From assembly GCA_964016885.1 (NCBI GenBank), contig OZ024754.1:3038001-3102000 (forward strand): a stretch of 64,000 nucleotides of DNA, given 5' to 3'. Both the position numbers and the translations under genes were made by a program. The notes beneath the pieces are model-generated. The model was not told where the DNA came from. It made no database searches and saw only the letters and a program-made list of their open reading frames with translations. Position 1 is the first letter of the stretch, and each line of letters opens with the position of its first letter. The stretch is from Eledone cirrhosa (Eukaryota). Below, in pieces: positions 26,723 to 40,788 of this stretch.

Positions 26723-27285
26723 CCTATGATTATTTACTTTGCCCCATTCAGCTCTGGGTTAAGTTTATTTTTCTGTAAGTTTTTTTTTTATCTTTTCTTT
26801 CCTATTCTTTTTTTTTTCTGTTCAGTGTTCTGGAAATATAAAACTGACAGCACTGGTTCCTTACACGTCTTTCTTTCTTTCCTTCTTTCCTTTCTTTTGG
26901 CTTTTGTAATTGAAACCAGTTCTCCAGTATTTCACCTTGATAATTCCAGTTAATTGTTTGATACTGTTACTTAGGGAATAGTGAGTTGTAAAGTTCTCGA
27001 TTGTTGGTTCGGAGGTTCAGGAGTTCAAGTCAACCTTTCAAGTAATGAATTGAATTATGTCATAAAACAAGTCATATTAATCAGTCTAATTACTTGAATT
27101 TCTTTTACCAGTTTCAGGGAATTAGCATACATATAATTACTATTTCATTGTTGTTAGTTTTATAAGTCTACTAAGGACCAAGCCTCGTTTTTTTTAAAAT
27201 AGTGTGAGGACCCTTAAAAGACAGAATCTTCACCCTATTTTATATACTATTTTATAGCATCTCTGAGCATGAGTACATCATTCTT

Positions 27286-27554
27286 ATCATCATCATCATC
27301 ATTTTACGTCCGCTTTTCCCTGCTTGCAAGGGTGGGACAGGTCCTATTCAGCACATCATCTCTCCACTTGTCACGGTTCTTTGTCATCTCCTCTATGAGT
27401 TTCAGCGATCTGAGGTCTGTTCTCACCACCTCCGCCCATGTTTTTTGTGGTCTTCCTCTATTGCGTCCTCCTACTGGGATTTCTTGGCACTTCTTTACCC
27501 AGCGGTCATCCTCCATGAGCATGACATGTCCATACCATCGCAGTCTTCTTCTCT
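27286..27554 (-). mobile_element. RTE-clade LINE 3' end
   Basis: Minus ORF MEDDRWVKKCQEIPVGGRNRGRPQKTWAEV; similar to 20927-21207. Confidence 0.88.
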
Positions 27555-28626
27555 ACAGCCTATCCCTCTTATACACAGTTTCTCTCTCAACTCGTCTTAA
27601 TACTTATATACTTATATATTTATATTCTCAGTGCATAAAAGTCCGAGAGATAGGTTACATATATTGTTTACTTAATTCTAACATTATTATTGACCTGGTA
27701 TCTCAGGCATTGGCTTTCTATCTCTGCTGCTGTTCACATCTGCTCTTCCTTTTCATTGGGAGCCCCATATTCCCAGTCTTTGGCCATGATTGTAAAGCCA
27801 GATTATCTTCACTTGCTTCTGTGTTTCATTCACTGGCAATTAGTACTTAGAAGCTAGTTCCCAAATGTGTGTGTGTTGGTGTGTGTGTCTGTGTGTGTGT
27901 GTGGTTGTATATACACAGCTTCATCTAACCATCTGTGGAGGCTTCTCTTCAGAGCACTGCTGCTGCTGCTGCTGCTTCTCAATGCCTTTACCATCAGTAG
28001 AAAGCTAAGCCTAAAACAAACAAGTCAGCCAGCTAAATTAACTCTGCAGTTTTCAGAAGTTGGATTGACTTAAAACACTTCTACAAATACTGCACTTGCC
28101 TTGCTGAGAGAGAGAGAAAGAAAGAGAGTGGTATTTTCATCATTGCTTCTTTGGCCCAGAATTTCTCTACTATTCCTTACATCCACTCCTTGAGTTGTGT
28201 GTTTATTTTACACGACATCACATAATATCACTAATGGCCTTCTGGTGGCAGGGTGAGCTCTTATTCATGAGCTTTCTTTCTTTCTCTCTCTATCTGTCTC
28301 TCAGTTATGTTTTCTCGCGTTAAGAAAAAGAAGGAAAATCAAAAAAATAAATAACAAGTAAAAAAAAAAGCCAACATAATTAGTGCCTTAGTACAATATA
28401 GTTTTGTTTTTGTATCCTTCTAAATTAGACCCAATTCATTTACCTTATGTGTTTCTTGAAGTGTTTTCCAAAATGTTGTTGGTTATTTTTTTTCTTTCTT
28501 TGTGGTAGGTGTAGGTGGACTTCCCCCCTTAAATAATGAGCACCTATGCAAAACTCATTCATCTAGAACATTCTGTGTTTTTATCTACTTATCTTCCATT
28601 TCTATATTATTTCTGCAACTATATAT

Positions 28627-28659
<33 letters not shown>

Positions 28660-29594
28660 CATATATAGATATATAAATGTAGATACACACACACACATAT
28701 ATATATATATATGCATTTATACGCATGAGCATAAACATATATAATATTTATATATATATAGATATATATACACACATATATGTTTCTTGCAGGGGGGGGG
28801 GGGGGGGGGCTTTTTTTTTTTTTGTGAGGTTGAGGGTGTTTTGGTGGGAAGGAAATATATTTATTCATGATTTTTATAACAAATGTTTCACGAAAGAAAA
28901 CCAGTATGTATCTTCTTAAACCTTATAATCTGTTAGAAAACTTAAATATCAAGTGAAGCTGATGTTGTTTGAGGTTGCCACCCTCCCTTGTCCTTCTTTA
29001 GTCAGTTATAAGGGAGCAGGATAAGTTTTTAACACTTTCACTTGCAGCCAACACAGTTATGTCTGTCTGTTTTGTACCACAAGTCACTAATTTGTCCTAC
29101 AGTCGAACAATGAATAGAAATGAAAATGTCACATATAGTGAAAATGTCACATATACAGGGAGCTTAAAAGTCTCTGATGTGTTTGAATTAAATCTTTTTA
29201 TTTTACTATACATTATCATCATCACTGTTTAACGTCCATTTTTTTTCCACGCTAGCATGGGTTAGACGTGTTGTCCCATTGTGAGACAAGTGAGATCAGA
29301 TGACCTTGTCTTGCTCATATGGGACTGATTTTGGCTTGGTTTCTATGACTTGATGCCCTTCTGAATGCCAGCCACATTTAGTGTGAACTGGGTGCTTTCT
29401 GTCATGTCACCAACACAACCACTTACATACACATAAGATTAGCATCTCAAGGATTGTAGGAATCGGTGGTTAATCCTTTCTTCACCTTATTTCTAATGAA
29501 ATACACTACCTATATGTTCTAATTAATTCTCAAAAATAATCAAAGTTTTGGAGGAATTTAGATAAAATAACTAAGATATTCATAATAAGCTGAT

Positions 29595-29824
29595 ATTTTC
29601 TGTGGCATGAAGCAACTGAGAGTACAAGACTCCCCTGGGACAGGACGCCATTCCATCGCAGGGTTAAACCTCCAGTTATTGCTGGTACTCATTTTCAGCT
29701 GAGTATACTTGAGTAATAGAAAATGAAGTGTTTTGTTGAAGAACACAACACACAAGCGAGCCCAGGAATCGAATCTATGGCATTATGATCGTAAGTCGAA
29801 CACCCTTACCGCTAAGCCATGTGT
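29595..29824 (-). mobile_element. SINE family 3 (tRNA head + CORE/Meta-like middle, different tail)
   Basis: Similar to 38630-38914; B box gattcgattcc on the minus strand. Confidence 0.78.
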
Positions 29825-30743
29825 ACAATGGTAAGGGTGTTTTGAACATCACTAAAAAAAAAAAAAAATCTAAAAATATATTATGATGGAAGGTTTTAAT
29901 ATCAGGATAAACATTTAAAAATGGGTGGTTTTGTATGATAAACCCAGATTTGATATCAAAAGGTTAAAGATTCACACATTGTGAAATATCACCTCACCAC
30001 AAAATAACCCTGTTAAGGCCTTTGTTGGGTTAACTATAAGGTTAGGTGGAGGATTAGGACTTTTCACCTTTTGTGGAAAACAGTAGCAGAAGGGTCAAAT
30101 GAATCTCTTTATTATTTCTCTTCTTTTCTCGTTTTCTTAAACTCTGAAGAAACCACTCTTGGGGGAAAGCTGTTGTATTAATATTTTCCAGTCTGTTTTG
30201 GATTGAACCAATCTAACTTTTGTCCATCTGTTTTCGCTGTATAGCTGTTAATGTGTTCTGTTGGGATTTCTTTTTATTTCTTGTACAAACATACTGTTTT
30301 AAAATTAATTTTACTGTACGCTTTTTTTCATGGTTTTTTTTTCCTTGGCTTTTAATACTCCCAAGTCCTGCATATTTGAAATATATTTTAGTTGTGGAGT
30401 TGCATTTGTGGAGAAGCCATTCCCACCCTAATACCATTTTTAAAAAATGTGGAAGGACAGCCATTCCACTCAACAAGTATTTCTCTTATGTTTCACTAAT
30501 GCATTTAAACATTTTTTTTTTTTTACTATAAGCTCCCACACAGTAAACATTGCCTTTCCTCAAATAGTGCTGCCTGCTTCTGCATCACCATCGTCCTTGT
30601 TTAATGGTTGTTTTTCATGCATTCATGGTTTAGATGGATTGTCTAGACTGCTCAGGTCAATAAGGTATCAACTGGAGTGTCAAAGCGTGAAACTAATATA
30701 CTTCATGTTTCCTTGGTTTATATATGTGTGTATATATATATAT

Positions 30744-30946
30744 AAAACAAAGAGGGTGTGGTAAGATACCAAGTGGACCATAACGCACCAGAGTACTCGA
30801 TACTTAGGGTAGTAGAGTGGGTAATAGGAAAAGAGTCAGGATCCCGGCGGCTGAGCTCTGTCCGTTTCGACAGCTAGATCCAAACTGTTTGGATCTAGCT
30901 GTCGAAACGGCCGGAGCTCAGCTGTCGGGGTCCTGACTCTTCCTAT
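30744..30946. mobile_element. Penelope-like fragment, family A, with terminal palindrome 30824-30946
   Basis: (TA)n on both sides, palindrome centred at 30886, carries hammerhead 3' half CGAAACGGC...GCTGTCGGGGTC. Confidence 0.7.
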
Positions 30947-31156
30947 ATATATAATATATATATATATATAATATATATAATATATATATATATATATATA
31001 ATGCAGTTGGTGTAAGGAAGGGCATCCAGCCATAGAGGCCAAGCCTAAACCAGTCCTTTATGAGCAAGTTACGGTCATCAAACCTAGATTGTCTCACAAT
31101 GAGGCAACTTGTTCAACCCATGCTAAGCGTGGAAAATGGACTTTAAACGGTGATAT

Positions 31157-31194
<38 letters not shown>

Positions 31195-31323
31195 ATGTGT
31201 GTCTATGTATATATATGTGTGTGTATATGTGTATATATATGTGTGTATATATATCTATATATATATATATGTATGTGTATGTGTGTATGTGTGTCTATGT
31301 ATATATATGTGTGTGTATATGTG

Positions 31324-31357
<34 letters not shown>

Positions 31358-31360
<3 letters not shown>

Positions 31361-31562
31361 CGAAGGAAATGTGGTAAGGAACCAGGTGGACCATAACGCA
31401 CCAAGGTACTCAATACTTGAGGTAGTAGAGTGGGTAATAGGAACCAGTAAGACCCCGACAGCTGAGCTCAAGCCGTTTCGACGGCTAATTCTGGACTAGA
31501 ATTAGCAGTCCAGAATTAGCCGTCGAAACGGCTTGAGCTCAGCTGTCGGGGTCTTACTGGTT

Positions 31563-31567
<5 letters not shown>
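31358..31567. mobile_element. Penelope-like fragment, family A, with perfect 61-bp inverted arms
   Basis: Arms 31437-31497 and 31507-31567 are exact reverse complements; (TA)n on both sides. Confidence 0.72.
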
Positions 31568-31603
<36 letters not shown>

Positions 31604-32216
31604 GCACACATTCTATGTTTATATGGCTGGATATTTGAAATACTGTGGATGTTTTTTTTTTAATTATTTTGTTGTTTTTGCTGTTTTTATTTGTATTTCT
31701 TCCTTTTCTTCTGCTAGTATATTATATTGGAAAACATCTGTCTACTGTGTTGGCTTGGCAGGCATTTTGTCAATGTGTGAATGTCCATCACATAGGCTGT
31801 TTTCTCTAATAACACTGTCATTCATCACTTAGAGGGAACACTGGAGTGGAGGATGTTGGCAGGTCACACTCTATAATTCTCTCTCCTTCTGCCCCCCCCC
31901 CCCCATCTCTCTCTCTCTCCTCTGTCTCCCTTCTCTGTCTCTCTCTCCCTCCCTTCTCTGTCTCTCTCTCCCTTCTTTCTCTCTCACTCTCTTCTCATTC
32001 CATTCTCTGTCTCTTCTCTCTCCCTTCTCTCTCTCTCTCACTCTCTTCTCAATCCCTTCTGTCTCTTCTCTCTCCCTTCTCTCTCTCTCTTTCACTCTCT
32101 TATCAATCCCTTCTCTGTCTTTCTCTCTCTCCCTTCTCTCACTCTCTTCTTAGTCCATTCTCTGTCTCTGTCCCTTCCTTCTCGCTCTTATACACACACA
32201 CACACACACACACATT

Positions 32217-32257
<41 letters not shown>

Positions 32258-32614
32258 TGTGTGTGTGTGTGTATATATTCGTTTTTAGCTGTTACTGTCA
32301 CTGCTGTTGCTAAGCTATTATAATTTATTCTGTTTTTGACTTGTTAGACAGCCACATAGATTAGCACACACACACACACTCACACGCACACATACACACA
32401 CACACACACCCACATACTTACACATACAGATAGATGTTGTGTCCAAGTACCTTCAGTTTCATCATCATCATCATCATCAGTATTTTGTGTAACAATTTGG
32501 TGATGAGAGGGTGAGGAAAGTTGAGATCCCTAGCCAGGGAGGTGAGGGCGTTGTACCATAGTGGGGGGGGGGGGATTGTGTAGCTGTAAAGACAAATTGG
32601 ATAGTGTTAAGTTG

Positions 32615-33350
32615 TTGATAGCCATGTGGTGTAGTAGTGGTGGTGGTGGTGGTGGTGGTAGTGGTAGTAGTGGTGGTGGCGGTAGTGGTAGTGTTGATGG
32701 TGGTAGTAGTAGTGGTGGTGTTGATGGTGGCGGTAGTGGTAGTGTTGATGGTGGTAGTAGTGGTGGTATTAGTGTTGATGTAGTAGTGGTGGTGGTATTA
32801 GTGTTGATGTAGTAGTGGTGGTGGTATTAGTGTTGATGATGGTAGTAGTAGTAGTGGTGGTGGTAGTAGTGTTGGTGGTGGTGGTGGTAGCAGTGTTGAT
32901 GGTAGAGGAGGTAGTAGTGGTGTTGGTGGTAGTTGTGGTGGTTGGGGAGGTAGTGGTGGTGGTGGTGGTGGTGGTCCTGTCCAATGATCAAATGGAAAGA
33001 TATTAAGGAAAAGCAAAGTGGTGGTTGTATTTGTGGTGGTGGTGGTTGTGGTTGTGGTTGTGGTGGTTGTACTGGTGGTGGTGGTGGTTGTATTGATGGT
33101 TGTTGTGGTGGTGGTGGTGGTGGTGGTGGTGGTTGTGGTTGTGGTGGTGGTGGTTGTACTGGTGGTGGTGGTGGTTGTATTGATGGTTGTGGTGGTGGTG
33201 GTGGTGGTGGTGGTTGTACTGGTGGTGGTGGTGGTGGTTGTACTGGTGGTACTGGTGGTGGTGGTGGTGGTGGTTGTACTGGTGGTGGTGGTGGTGGTGG
33301 TTGTACTGGTGGTACTGGTGGTGGTGGTTGTACTGGTGGTGGTGGTTGGT
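32615..33350. repeat. (GGT/AGT)n low-complexity tracts
   Basis: Direct reading; source of poly-V/G/W pseudo-ORFs. Confidence 0.9.
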
Positions 33351-33884
33351 GTGTTTAGTAATCAAATAAAAAGATCGAGATATTAAGGGAAAGTGTGGTG
33401 GTGGGAGGGGGTGACACAGATGCAGCGTTGGTGCTGGTGAAGGTAGCAGTGGTGGAGGTGGTGCTATTAAAAGTGAGGGTGGCGGTGCGGTGGTGGTGGT
33501 GGTGGTGGCAGCAATTCAGATGCAGTCTAGGTGCAGGTAAAGGTGGTGGTGGTGCAGAATATATATGTGTGTGTGGCAGATGTGTGGTGGTGGAGAGGAT
33601 GTGTGGTAGAGGTGGTGTTGTTGTGATGGTGGCAGCGACTCAGATGCAGTCTACGTGCAGGTAAAGGAGGTGTGTCTGTGGGTGGTGGTGGTAGTGGAGA
33701 GGATGTGTGGTAGTGGTAGAGGTGGTGGTGGTAGTGGTGGTGGGAAGTTAATAGTAATTTCAAACCCGATTGGTTTCCTTTTAATTGAAACACAGCTAGG
33801 TATGTCCTGTACCTATCTAGCCAGCTGCCTTCTGTTTGTCACCTTGTTGTAATCCCAAACTTTTCCACCAACACCACCACCAAT

Positions 33885-34085
33885 CCACTAACCCACCACC
33901 ACCACCATCAGACCATTAACCCACCACCACCACCAGACCACTAACCCACCACCACCACCAGACCACTAACCCACCATCACCACCAGACCACTAACCCACC
34001 ATCACCACCACCAGACCACTAACCCACCACCACCACCATCAGACCACTAACCCACCACCACCACCACCAGACCACTAACCACTAG
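33885..34085. repeat. ~25-bp minisatellite (accactaacccaccaccaccaccag)
   Basis: About 8 direct copies. Confidence 0.88.
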
Positions 34086-34899
34086 CACTACCACTCCCAT
34101 CACATCTCACCCCACAACTCCCCTACCACTAGACCACTGCACCCCCCTCTCTTATTTCAGATACACCTTTGTTTTATTCTTTCTTATTTCTCTTCTTTTC
34201 TTTATTTCTTCTTCTTCTTCCTCTTCTTCCTCTCCTCCAATGTTTAGTATTGTTTCAAGTCTTGGCACTGTTAACTCTAACAATTGTTTACTATAAAACA
34301 CCTGCTTTACGACATTGCCAACTTTTTATTGTTTTATTGGACTTTCTTCTTATTTTCCTGGAAATTTTGTTACCCTCCATTTTCAATTTACCGATCCTTT
34401 AAAGATAAACCTATCCAGTGTTGTTGTTGATATTGATGTTGATATTGATGTTGTTAGGGTGGTGAAATAATGGGGGAATTGTTAGACTGTCAGAGACAAA
34501 ATGCCTTGCTGTATTGGTTCTGGCTCTTTACATTCTGGGTTCAGATCCCACCATGGTCAACTTAGCCCATCTTCCTTCTGGAGGTGGTGGGTGGTGAGGT
34601 CAATAAAATACCAGTAAAATACTTGGGTCAAGTTAATCATCTTTCCTCTCCTCCAAATTGCTGCTCTTGTGTCTAAATTAGAAATCATATATATCAGGAT
34701 TAAACTAGGAAGACCATTATTATTCAACAGAGTACTCAATACTTGGGATAGTAGAGTGTGGTTATATTTTAAAAAAAAACGGCAAGAGCTCAGCAATCGG
34801 TCCTCAATTTTGTTTTAATTTCGTGGCAGACATTTTCATTGTGAAGTAAGAAATTAACTGACTGCCTCCTGTATTAGGTACAGTATTTACTTTGCAATA

Positions 34900-34963
<64 letters not shown>

Positions 34964-35569
34964 TAGGGGGGGGGGTCTTTCAGAAGGGGAAATATTTTTT
35001 CTTAAACTAGCAATCATGAGCCAATGTGTAGATGAAGCCTCTTGAGGAATCGTCTTTAGTGTGAGGCAAAATATGATATAGCAAAATTTATAAATGGCTG
35101 TTTAGTCTGATAGCTTTAAATATATTTAAATCTGTCAATAAGAAGTAAATATATATTCAATATGTTTGTTAAATTCTTAATATCCTGTACTGCAAGAAAC
35201 TGCATTAGCAAGACATTCTTGAAAAGTTACAAATCAGCACTATGACATCGTCAGATTAAACGTTAACTTCTTTACTCTAACACAGCAATTTTTTTTTTCA
35301 TTCACCCCCCCCCCCCCCCTCCTCCAAAAAAAAAGATCTGTCTATTAGTAAAGATATTATTAATATTAGAAGTAAGAAACCTGTTTCTTTTTTAGTATTT
35401 TCTGCTAAATCCTTACAGGATGTTAAGTGTTACTACTGGGTTAATGTTAGCAATAGTGTTTGTGTCTGTGTTAACCCTTCAGTTACTAACCCGACCAAAA
35501 CCGGTTCTGGGTCTATGAAATAATGTCAACCATTTTAAAGGTTTCCAATTTAAATTAAAATCTGCCAAC

Positions 35570-35756
35570 AGGGGATTGGCAGTATCGGTAGAGGGTCGGA
35601 CGCCATGCTTTCCAGCATAGTTACGTCCCTTTATGGTCTGAGTTCAAATCCTGCCGAGGTTAACTTTGCTTTTCATCCTTACGGGGTCGATAAAATAAAG
35701 TACCAGTAATGTACTGGGTACTTGCTGGCCTTGTGCCTAAAGTAGAAACAATTATT
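35570..35756 (+). mobile_element. SINE family 2 copy
   Basis: Diagnostic head, central domain and tail. Confidence 0.9.
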
Positions 35757-35829
35757 TTATATATCATCATTATCATCATCATCGACAACAACAGCAGCAA
35801 TGTAACATCATCATCTCGATCATAAACAG

Positions 35830-36120
35830 CACAACATATCATCATCATCTTCAACAACTCAACAACACAACATATCATCATCTTCAACAACACAACATAT
35901 CATCATCATCTTCAACAACACAACATATCATCATCATCTTCAACAACACAACATATCATCATCATCTTCAACAACTCAACATATCATCATCTTCAACAAC
36001 TCAACACACCACCATCATCATCATTTTCAACAACTCACCATCATCATCATCTCCAGCATCATCTTCAACAACACACCACCATCATCATCATCATCACCAT
36101 CATCATCATCTCCAGCATCA
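35830..36120. repeat. ~28-bp minisatellite (caacaacacaacatatcatcatcatctt) decaying into (CAT)n
   Basis: Direct periodicity. Confidence 0.85.
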
Positions 36121-38267
36121 CCATAGTCATTGACTTCATATCTACACTGTTGTCTGTTACTGGAATCCAAGCCTCACAACCCCACCCACACCCAGACTAT
36201 CACCTCCTACCTATTCTGTAATAAGATCTGGCCACCCCCTCCATATGGAGTCTGGTTGTATTTGTTGATATTTGTGTTACTATGTTTTTGTAAAAGCTGC
36301 AATGTCTATGTGGCAGGTCCAGGGGTGTCTACTGACAGCTTCCAATCTTTAACAGCAGGCTAAATGTTATCCCATCCAGCTGACATAGACACCAGCAGAC
36401 CTTCTTAATACTGTGTCATTTGTCAGCAATGGTTAATGGTCAGTCTTGATCAGTCTGGTCATTGGGGGTCTCTGATATTTAATGCTAGTTGTCCTGTACT
36501 ACAAATAAATACATTAGCTAGCTATTCTTGAAAACTAGAAAAGTACAAAAACCATGACTGGATCACTTTAACTATTAAAATTCTCTAATGATTAACAGAA
36601 AGTATCTTAAAACAGGGTCTTAAAACGAAATATTTTTCAAGATCTTTCTGTTAATCTTTTTCTTAGCATATTTCTAATGAAAGGTACAATTTATGATTTC
36701 CAAATCATTTTGAAAATATTAATGAATTTGGAGGAGTTAATAATATAGGTATCTTTCTCATTATTAAGTTGATATTTTGGAACATAACTTAACAAAGTCA
36801 CTTAGATAAAATTATGATGGATAGTTTTTAATAAACAAACATTTCAAACCTTTCATTTCCATATTTCTAATAAAAAAATATTGCTTTTGGTTTTTAAATA
36901 ATTTTGAAAATAATAATCAAGAATTTATAAAGACTTTGAAGATAACTAACATTCTCATTGTTAAGTTGGTGCTTGGAACATAAAAGATTCTTACATAAAA
37001 TTATGAGGGAAGGTTTTAAAATGAATATAAAAACTTTAACATAATATCAGCTTCATATCATAAAACTATGAGCTTTCTGATGATTTATATGGTGCTTGGA
37101 CCAACTTAACAAAGTTTTTTTAGATGAACACTTTCAAATAGTTTTGTATCCTAGAACCAAGAATGGTTTCAGGTAGTGTAGTACCAAGAAGGTTAAATTG
37201 GAAGGTACAAATGAGACATGGGCTGGGCTTCACAAATCACATTATTAGCTTCCAATCTTGGAGGGTAGTAGCCCCAATTAAGGACTGACACGGGCTGCGG
37301 TGACACATCTGACTGATACTAGCATGGGAAAATAAATGTATTTGATGGTGATGGTAGTAGTAGTGGTGGTGAAGGTGGTGGTGGTGGTAAGGGGTGGTGA
37401 TGGTGAAGGCAGTGATGATGATGGTAGTGATGGTAGTGGTGGTGGTGGTGGTGAAGGTGATACTGATGGCAGTGATGTTGATGGTGATGGTGAGGGGCGG
37501 TGATGGTGGTGGTGAGGAGTGATGATGGTGGTGGTGAGGAGTGATGATGGTGGTGGTAAGGGGTGGTGATGGTGATGGCAGTGATGATGATGGTAGTGGT
37601 GGTGGTGATGATGGCGATGGTGGTGATGGTGGCGGTGGGTTGTTATGACTATGAAAATGTCAGCAAAACTGGTTTTGGTCTTGGTTAATCTCTTTTAAAA
37701 GAGCGACTGTCTCTAAAGTGTATATATATGTGCGTGTATGGTTGTTTACTACATGTATATATATATATACAGTTGTTTACTGTGTATGTATATGTGTGTG
37801 TATGCAGTTATTTACTACATGTATATATGTGTGTGCAGTTTATTGTATATATATATATATGTATATATTTCTGCCCAACCTTTACTCAACTTCTGACCTT
37901 TACTTAAACTTCACTTCCAAATCCAGTGTCTATTTAATGTTACTGACAGCTCTAATTGATTTCTTTCTAGTCTTCTCCCTGACCTCTATTAAACTTTATT
38001 TTACTTCATCCTTTCAATTAGCTCAAGCTAATTTTGAGCCCAAATAAGGTCAAACTATCTGACCAGTAACAATGAGCTTGACACCAATGTATTCAACCTA
38101 CCGTTCCATCATTTGAATAAGATAGCTGAAAGTTTCACTGTTTGACAGAATGTTTAATGTAAATATTGTTATAGTAACATTGTATTGTTTTATAGAAATA
38201 GAAGAGAATTACATAGATTTAATTTGCTTCTGTTTAAAACTCTTTTATTATTATTTACTCAACTCAA

Positions 38268-38561
38268 GGGCAGTGGATTGGCAGTATCGGTAGAGGGTCG
38301 AACGCCATTCTGAGTTCAAATCCCGCCAAGGTTAACTTTGCCTTTCATCCTTATGGGGGTCGATAAAATAAAGTACCAGTAATGCACTGGGTAATTGCTG
38401 GCCTTGTGCCAAAAGTAGAAACACTTATTATTTACTCGAGGGCGGTGAATTGGCATTATCGGTGGAGGGTCGGACATCATGCTTTCTAGCATAGTTACGT
38501 CCTTTTACGGTCCGAGTTCAAATCCCGTCACAGTTAATTTTGCCTTTCATCCTTACGGGGT
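38268..38561 (+). mobile_element. Two tandem SINE family 2 copies (second 3'-truncated)
   Basis: Two heads at ~38268 and ~38440. Confidence 0.85.
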
Positions 38562-38629
38562 TGTCTCCTTGTTCTTGCTAATTATTTTTGGTAAATTCTG
38601 GTGCCTATTATTACCTGCTAAATTCTACA

Positions 38630-38914
38630 AGTCTAAAGTCTATCTCGAGCTCAGAAGCTCATCAGGTCGGTGCTTATTCCAGTTTCCGTGGCGTTAAGTT
38701 ACTTAGAATACAAGACTTCCCCCTAGACAGGACGCCAGTCGATCACAGGGTTAAACCCCCAGTTATTGCTGGTACTCATTTTCAGCTGAGTATACTAGAA
38801 CTACATGAAATGAAGTATTTACCTCAAGAATACAAACACAACCCAGTGCAGGAATCAAACCCATGGCGTTAGGATTGTAAGTCCAACCCCTTTACCATTA
38901 GGCCATGTACCTCC
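38630..38914 (-). mobile_element. SINE family 3, near full length
   Basis: Minus-strand head ggaggtacatggcctaatggtaa; shares body with 29595-29824. Confidence 0.8.
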
Positions 38915-39151
38915 ACTTGAATTCTACCAGGCACATATTTTATCCCATTCTCCTGATTCTGCACATGAGGTACACCCATCTGAGATTAAACATGTAGAAT
39001 CTAATCACAGGCGACATTAAATAACTTTTTGGGGCAGTACAAAATAAGATTTGGCCCATATTAGAGCTAAATATTATTTTATATTGAAAATCTTTGCATC
39101 TTAGCCATTGATTCATTCATGATGTTGTTTCTTTTTTCTTTCTCTCTTCAG

Positions 39152-39295
39152 ATATCTGAATAATAATAGAGTCCGAAGAGTAGAGAAACACAGTTTTGAT
39201 AATTTAACTTCCCTGGAATTGTTAAAGATGAACAAAAACAAGCTGGACCACTTACCAAAGTTATTGTTTGAAAAACTTACCAAGTTGAAGTGTTT
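39152..39295 (+). CDS. LRIG: LRIG exon, 2 LRRs (YLNNNRVRRVEKHSFDNLTSLELLKMNKNKLDHLPKLLFEKLTKLKCL)
   Basis: tttctctcttcag acceptor, GTAAG donor, 144 nt, phase 2-2. Confidence 0.93.
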
Positions 39296-39834
39296 GTAAG
39301 TAGATTTTAATGTATGAGTTTTCTTTTAGCTTGAGTCATGACTAAAATTGTACACCGTGACAGTGAAAGCTATATTTTGATTTAATCTTTGTAATAACTT
39401 GGTTCACTTCAGTTATGTGATCAATATCTTTCCTATATTACTCTCGAATGGACGTCATTACGATGGAAGCTTTTAGATAAATATAAACACTTTAAAATAA
39501 AGATTGTATCATAGAACCAGGGGCTGTTTCAGCTGGTTTGACTTCTAAATAATTTGGTAAATAATCTAGGATTTGAAGTGATTTAGTTATATAACTGTCT
39601 CATTTAAGTTGGTGTTTGGAATATAACGTTAAAAAAATAAAAGGTTTTTAGATAAAATTATGGAGGAATATCTTTAGATAAATTTGTACATTTTAATATA
39701 AACAAATTTGTATGATAAAGCCATGGGTGATTTCATGCCTTTTAGTATCAAATGGATTAAAGGATTAAAGAATTTCAGTAATCTTAATGACTCTGTTTTG
39801 TGTTTGTTAATATATTTCACTCCATAAATTTCAG

Positions 39835-39978
39835 AGAGATGTCACGGAATAAGTTCACTGTCATCGAAGGTTTGTCTTTTCGTGGATTGGACAACCTACA
39901 AATACTGAAACTGAAGAGAAACTTTATCTCTAACCTAAAAGATGGTTCATTCTTTGGACTTGGAAAAATCCAGAATCT
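39835..39978 (+). CDS. LRIG: LRIG exon, 2 LRRs (EMSRNKFTVIEGLSFRGLDNLQILKLKRNFISNLKDGSFFGLGKIQNL)
   Basis: tttcag acceptor, GTAAGT donor, 144 nt, phase 2-2. Lies within ORF 39800..39982. Confidence 0.94.
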
Positions 39979-40645
39979 GTAAGTATTCATCATCATCATC
40001 ATCACCATTTTACATTTAACGTCCATTTTTTTTTCTACATTATCTGTCCTGTTGTGAGATAGGCTAGGCTAGGTGACCTTGTTTTGCTCATGCAGAACTG
40101 ATTTTGGCTAGGTTTCTACAGCTGGATGACCTTCCTAATGCCAACCACATTTACCAGTTTAAATGCTAAAGGGTTAAACTGGATATTCTAAAAGAAAAAA
40201 AAACCTTTGCCCCAAGAATCTGTTGTCCTTATCTCTGAAAAGGAAATGATGTCTCCCAAAGTATTTAATGACATGAAAGTTGGAGCAAATATCAGCGCAG
40301 TGACATTGTTTCATTGAACAAAAGAATATTTCTGGGAGACGGGTGACATTATTTCTGTGGTGGTGTAAGCTGCAACAACAAACAGCAAACATTTTAAAGT
40401 CCTTTTTCCTCTGCTAAAGTAAGGGGTTAGCCTTGCAGAGAAGCCCACAGCAACATGTACCCATATAGATACAGAAAGCTATATGTACACATATAATTCA
40501 AAACATATCAATCCACAGACACACAGACATGTATACATAGTTCCTTAGTTTATATTATATAAATTCCAAAGGAGTTTTATTTCTGTATTAGTAACTGGAT
40601 CGCTCTTTCTATTGGTGAGAAATTAATATTTAAAAAAATTGGACC

Positions 40646-40685
<40 letters not shown>

Positions 40686-40788
40686 AGAGAGAGAGAGCAG
40701 CGGGTATAGGTGATTCAGTGAATTATTTACCAGTGGTGGTACTAATATGAGCACGAGATACAGGGCCAGAGTGTATAAGAAATAAACA

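Noticed and set aside
32984-33386. Gly/Cys-rich, poly-Val, poly-Trp and poly-His ORFs
   Set aside because: Products of (GGT)n low-complexity sequence.
38640-38695. Hammerhead on the minus strand (gaaac...cctgatgagc)
   Set aside because: GAAA precedes CTGATGA with no room for a stem I hairpin or UH site. It is the tail of SINE family 3.
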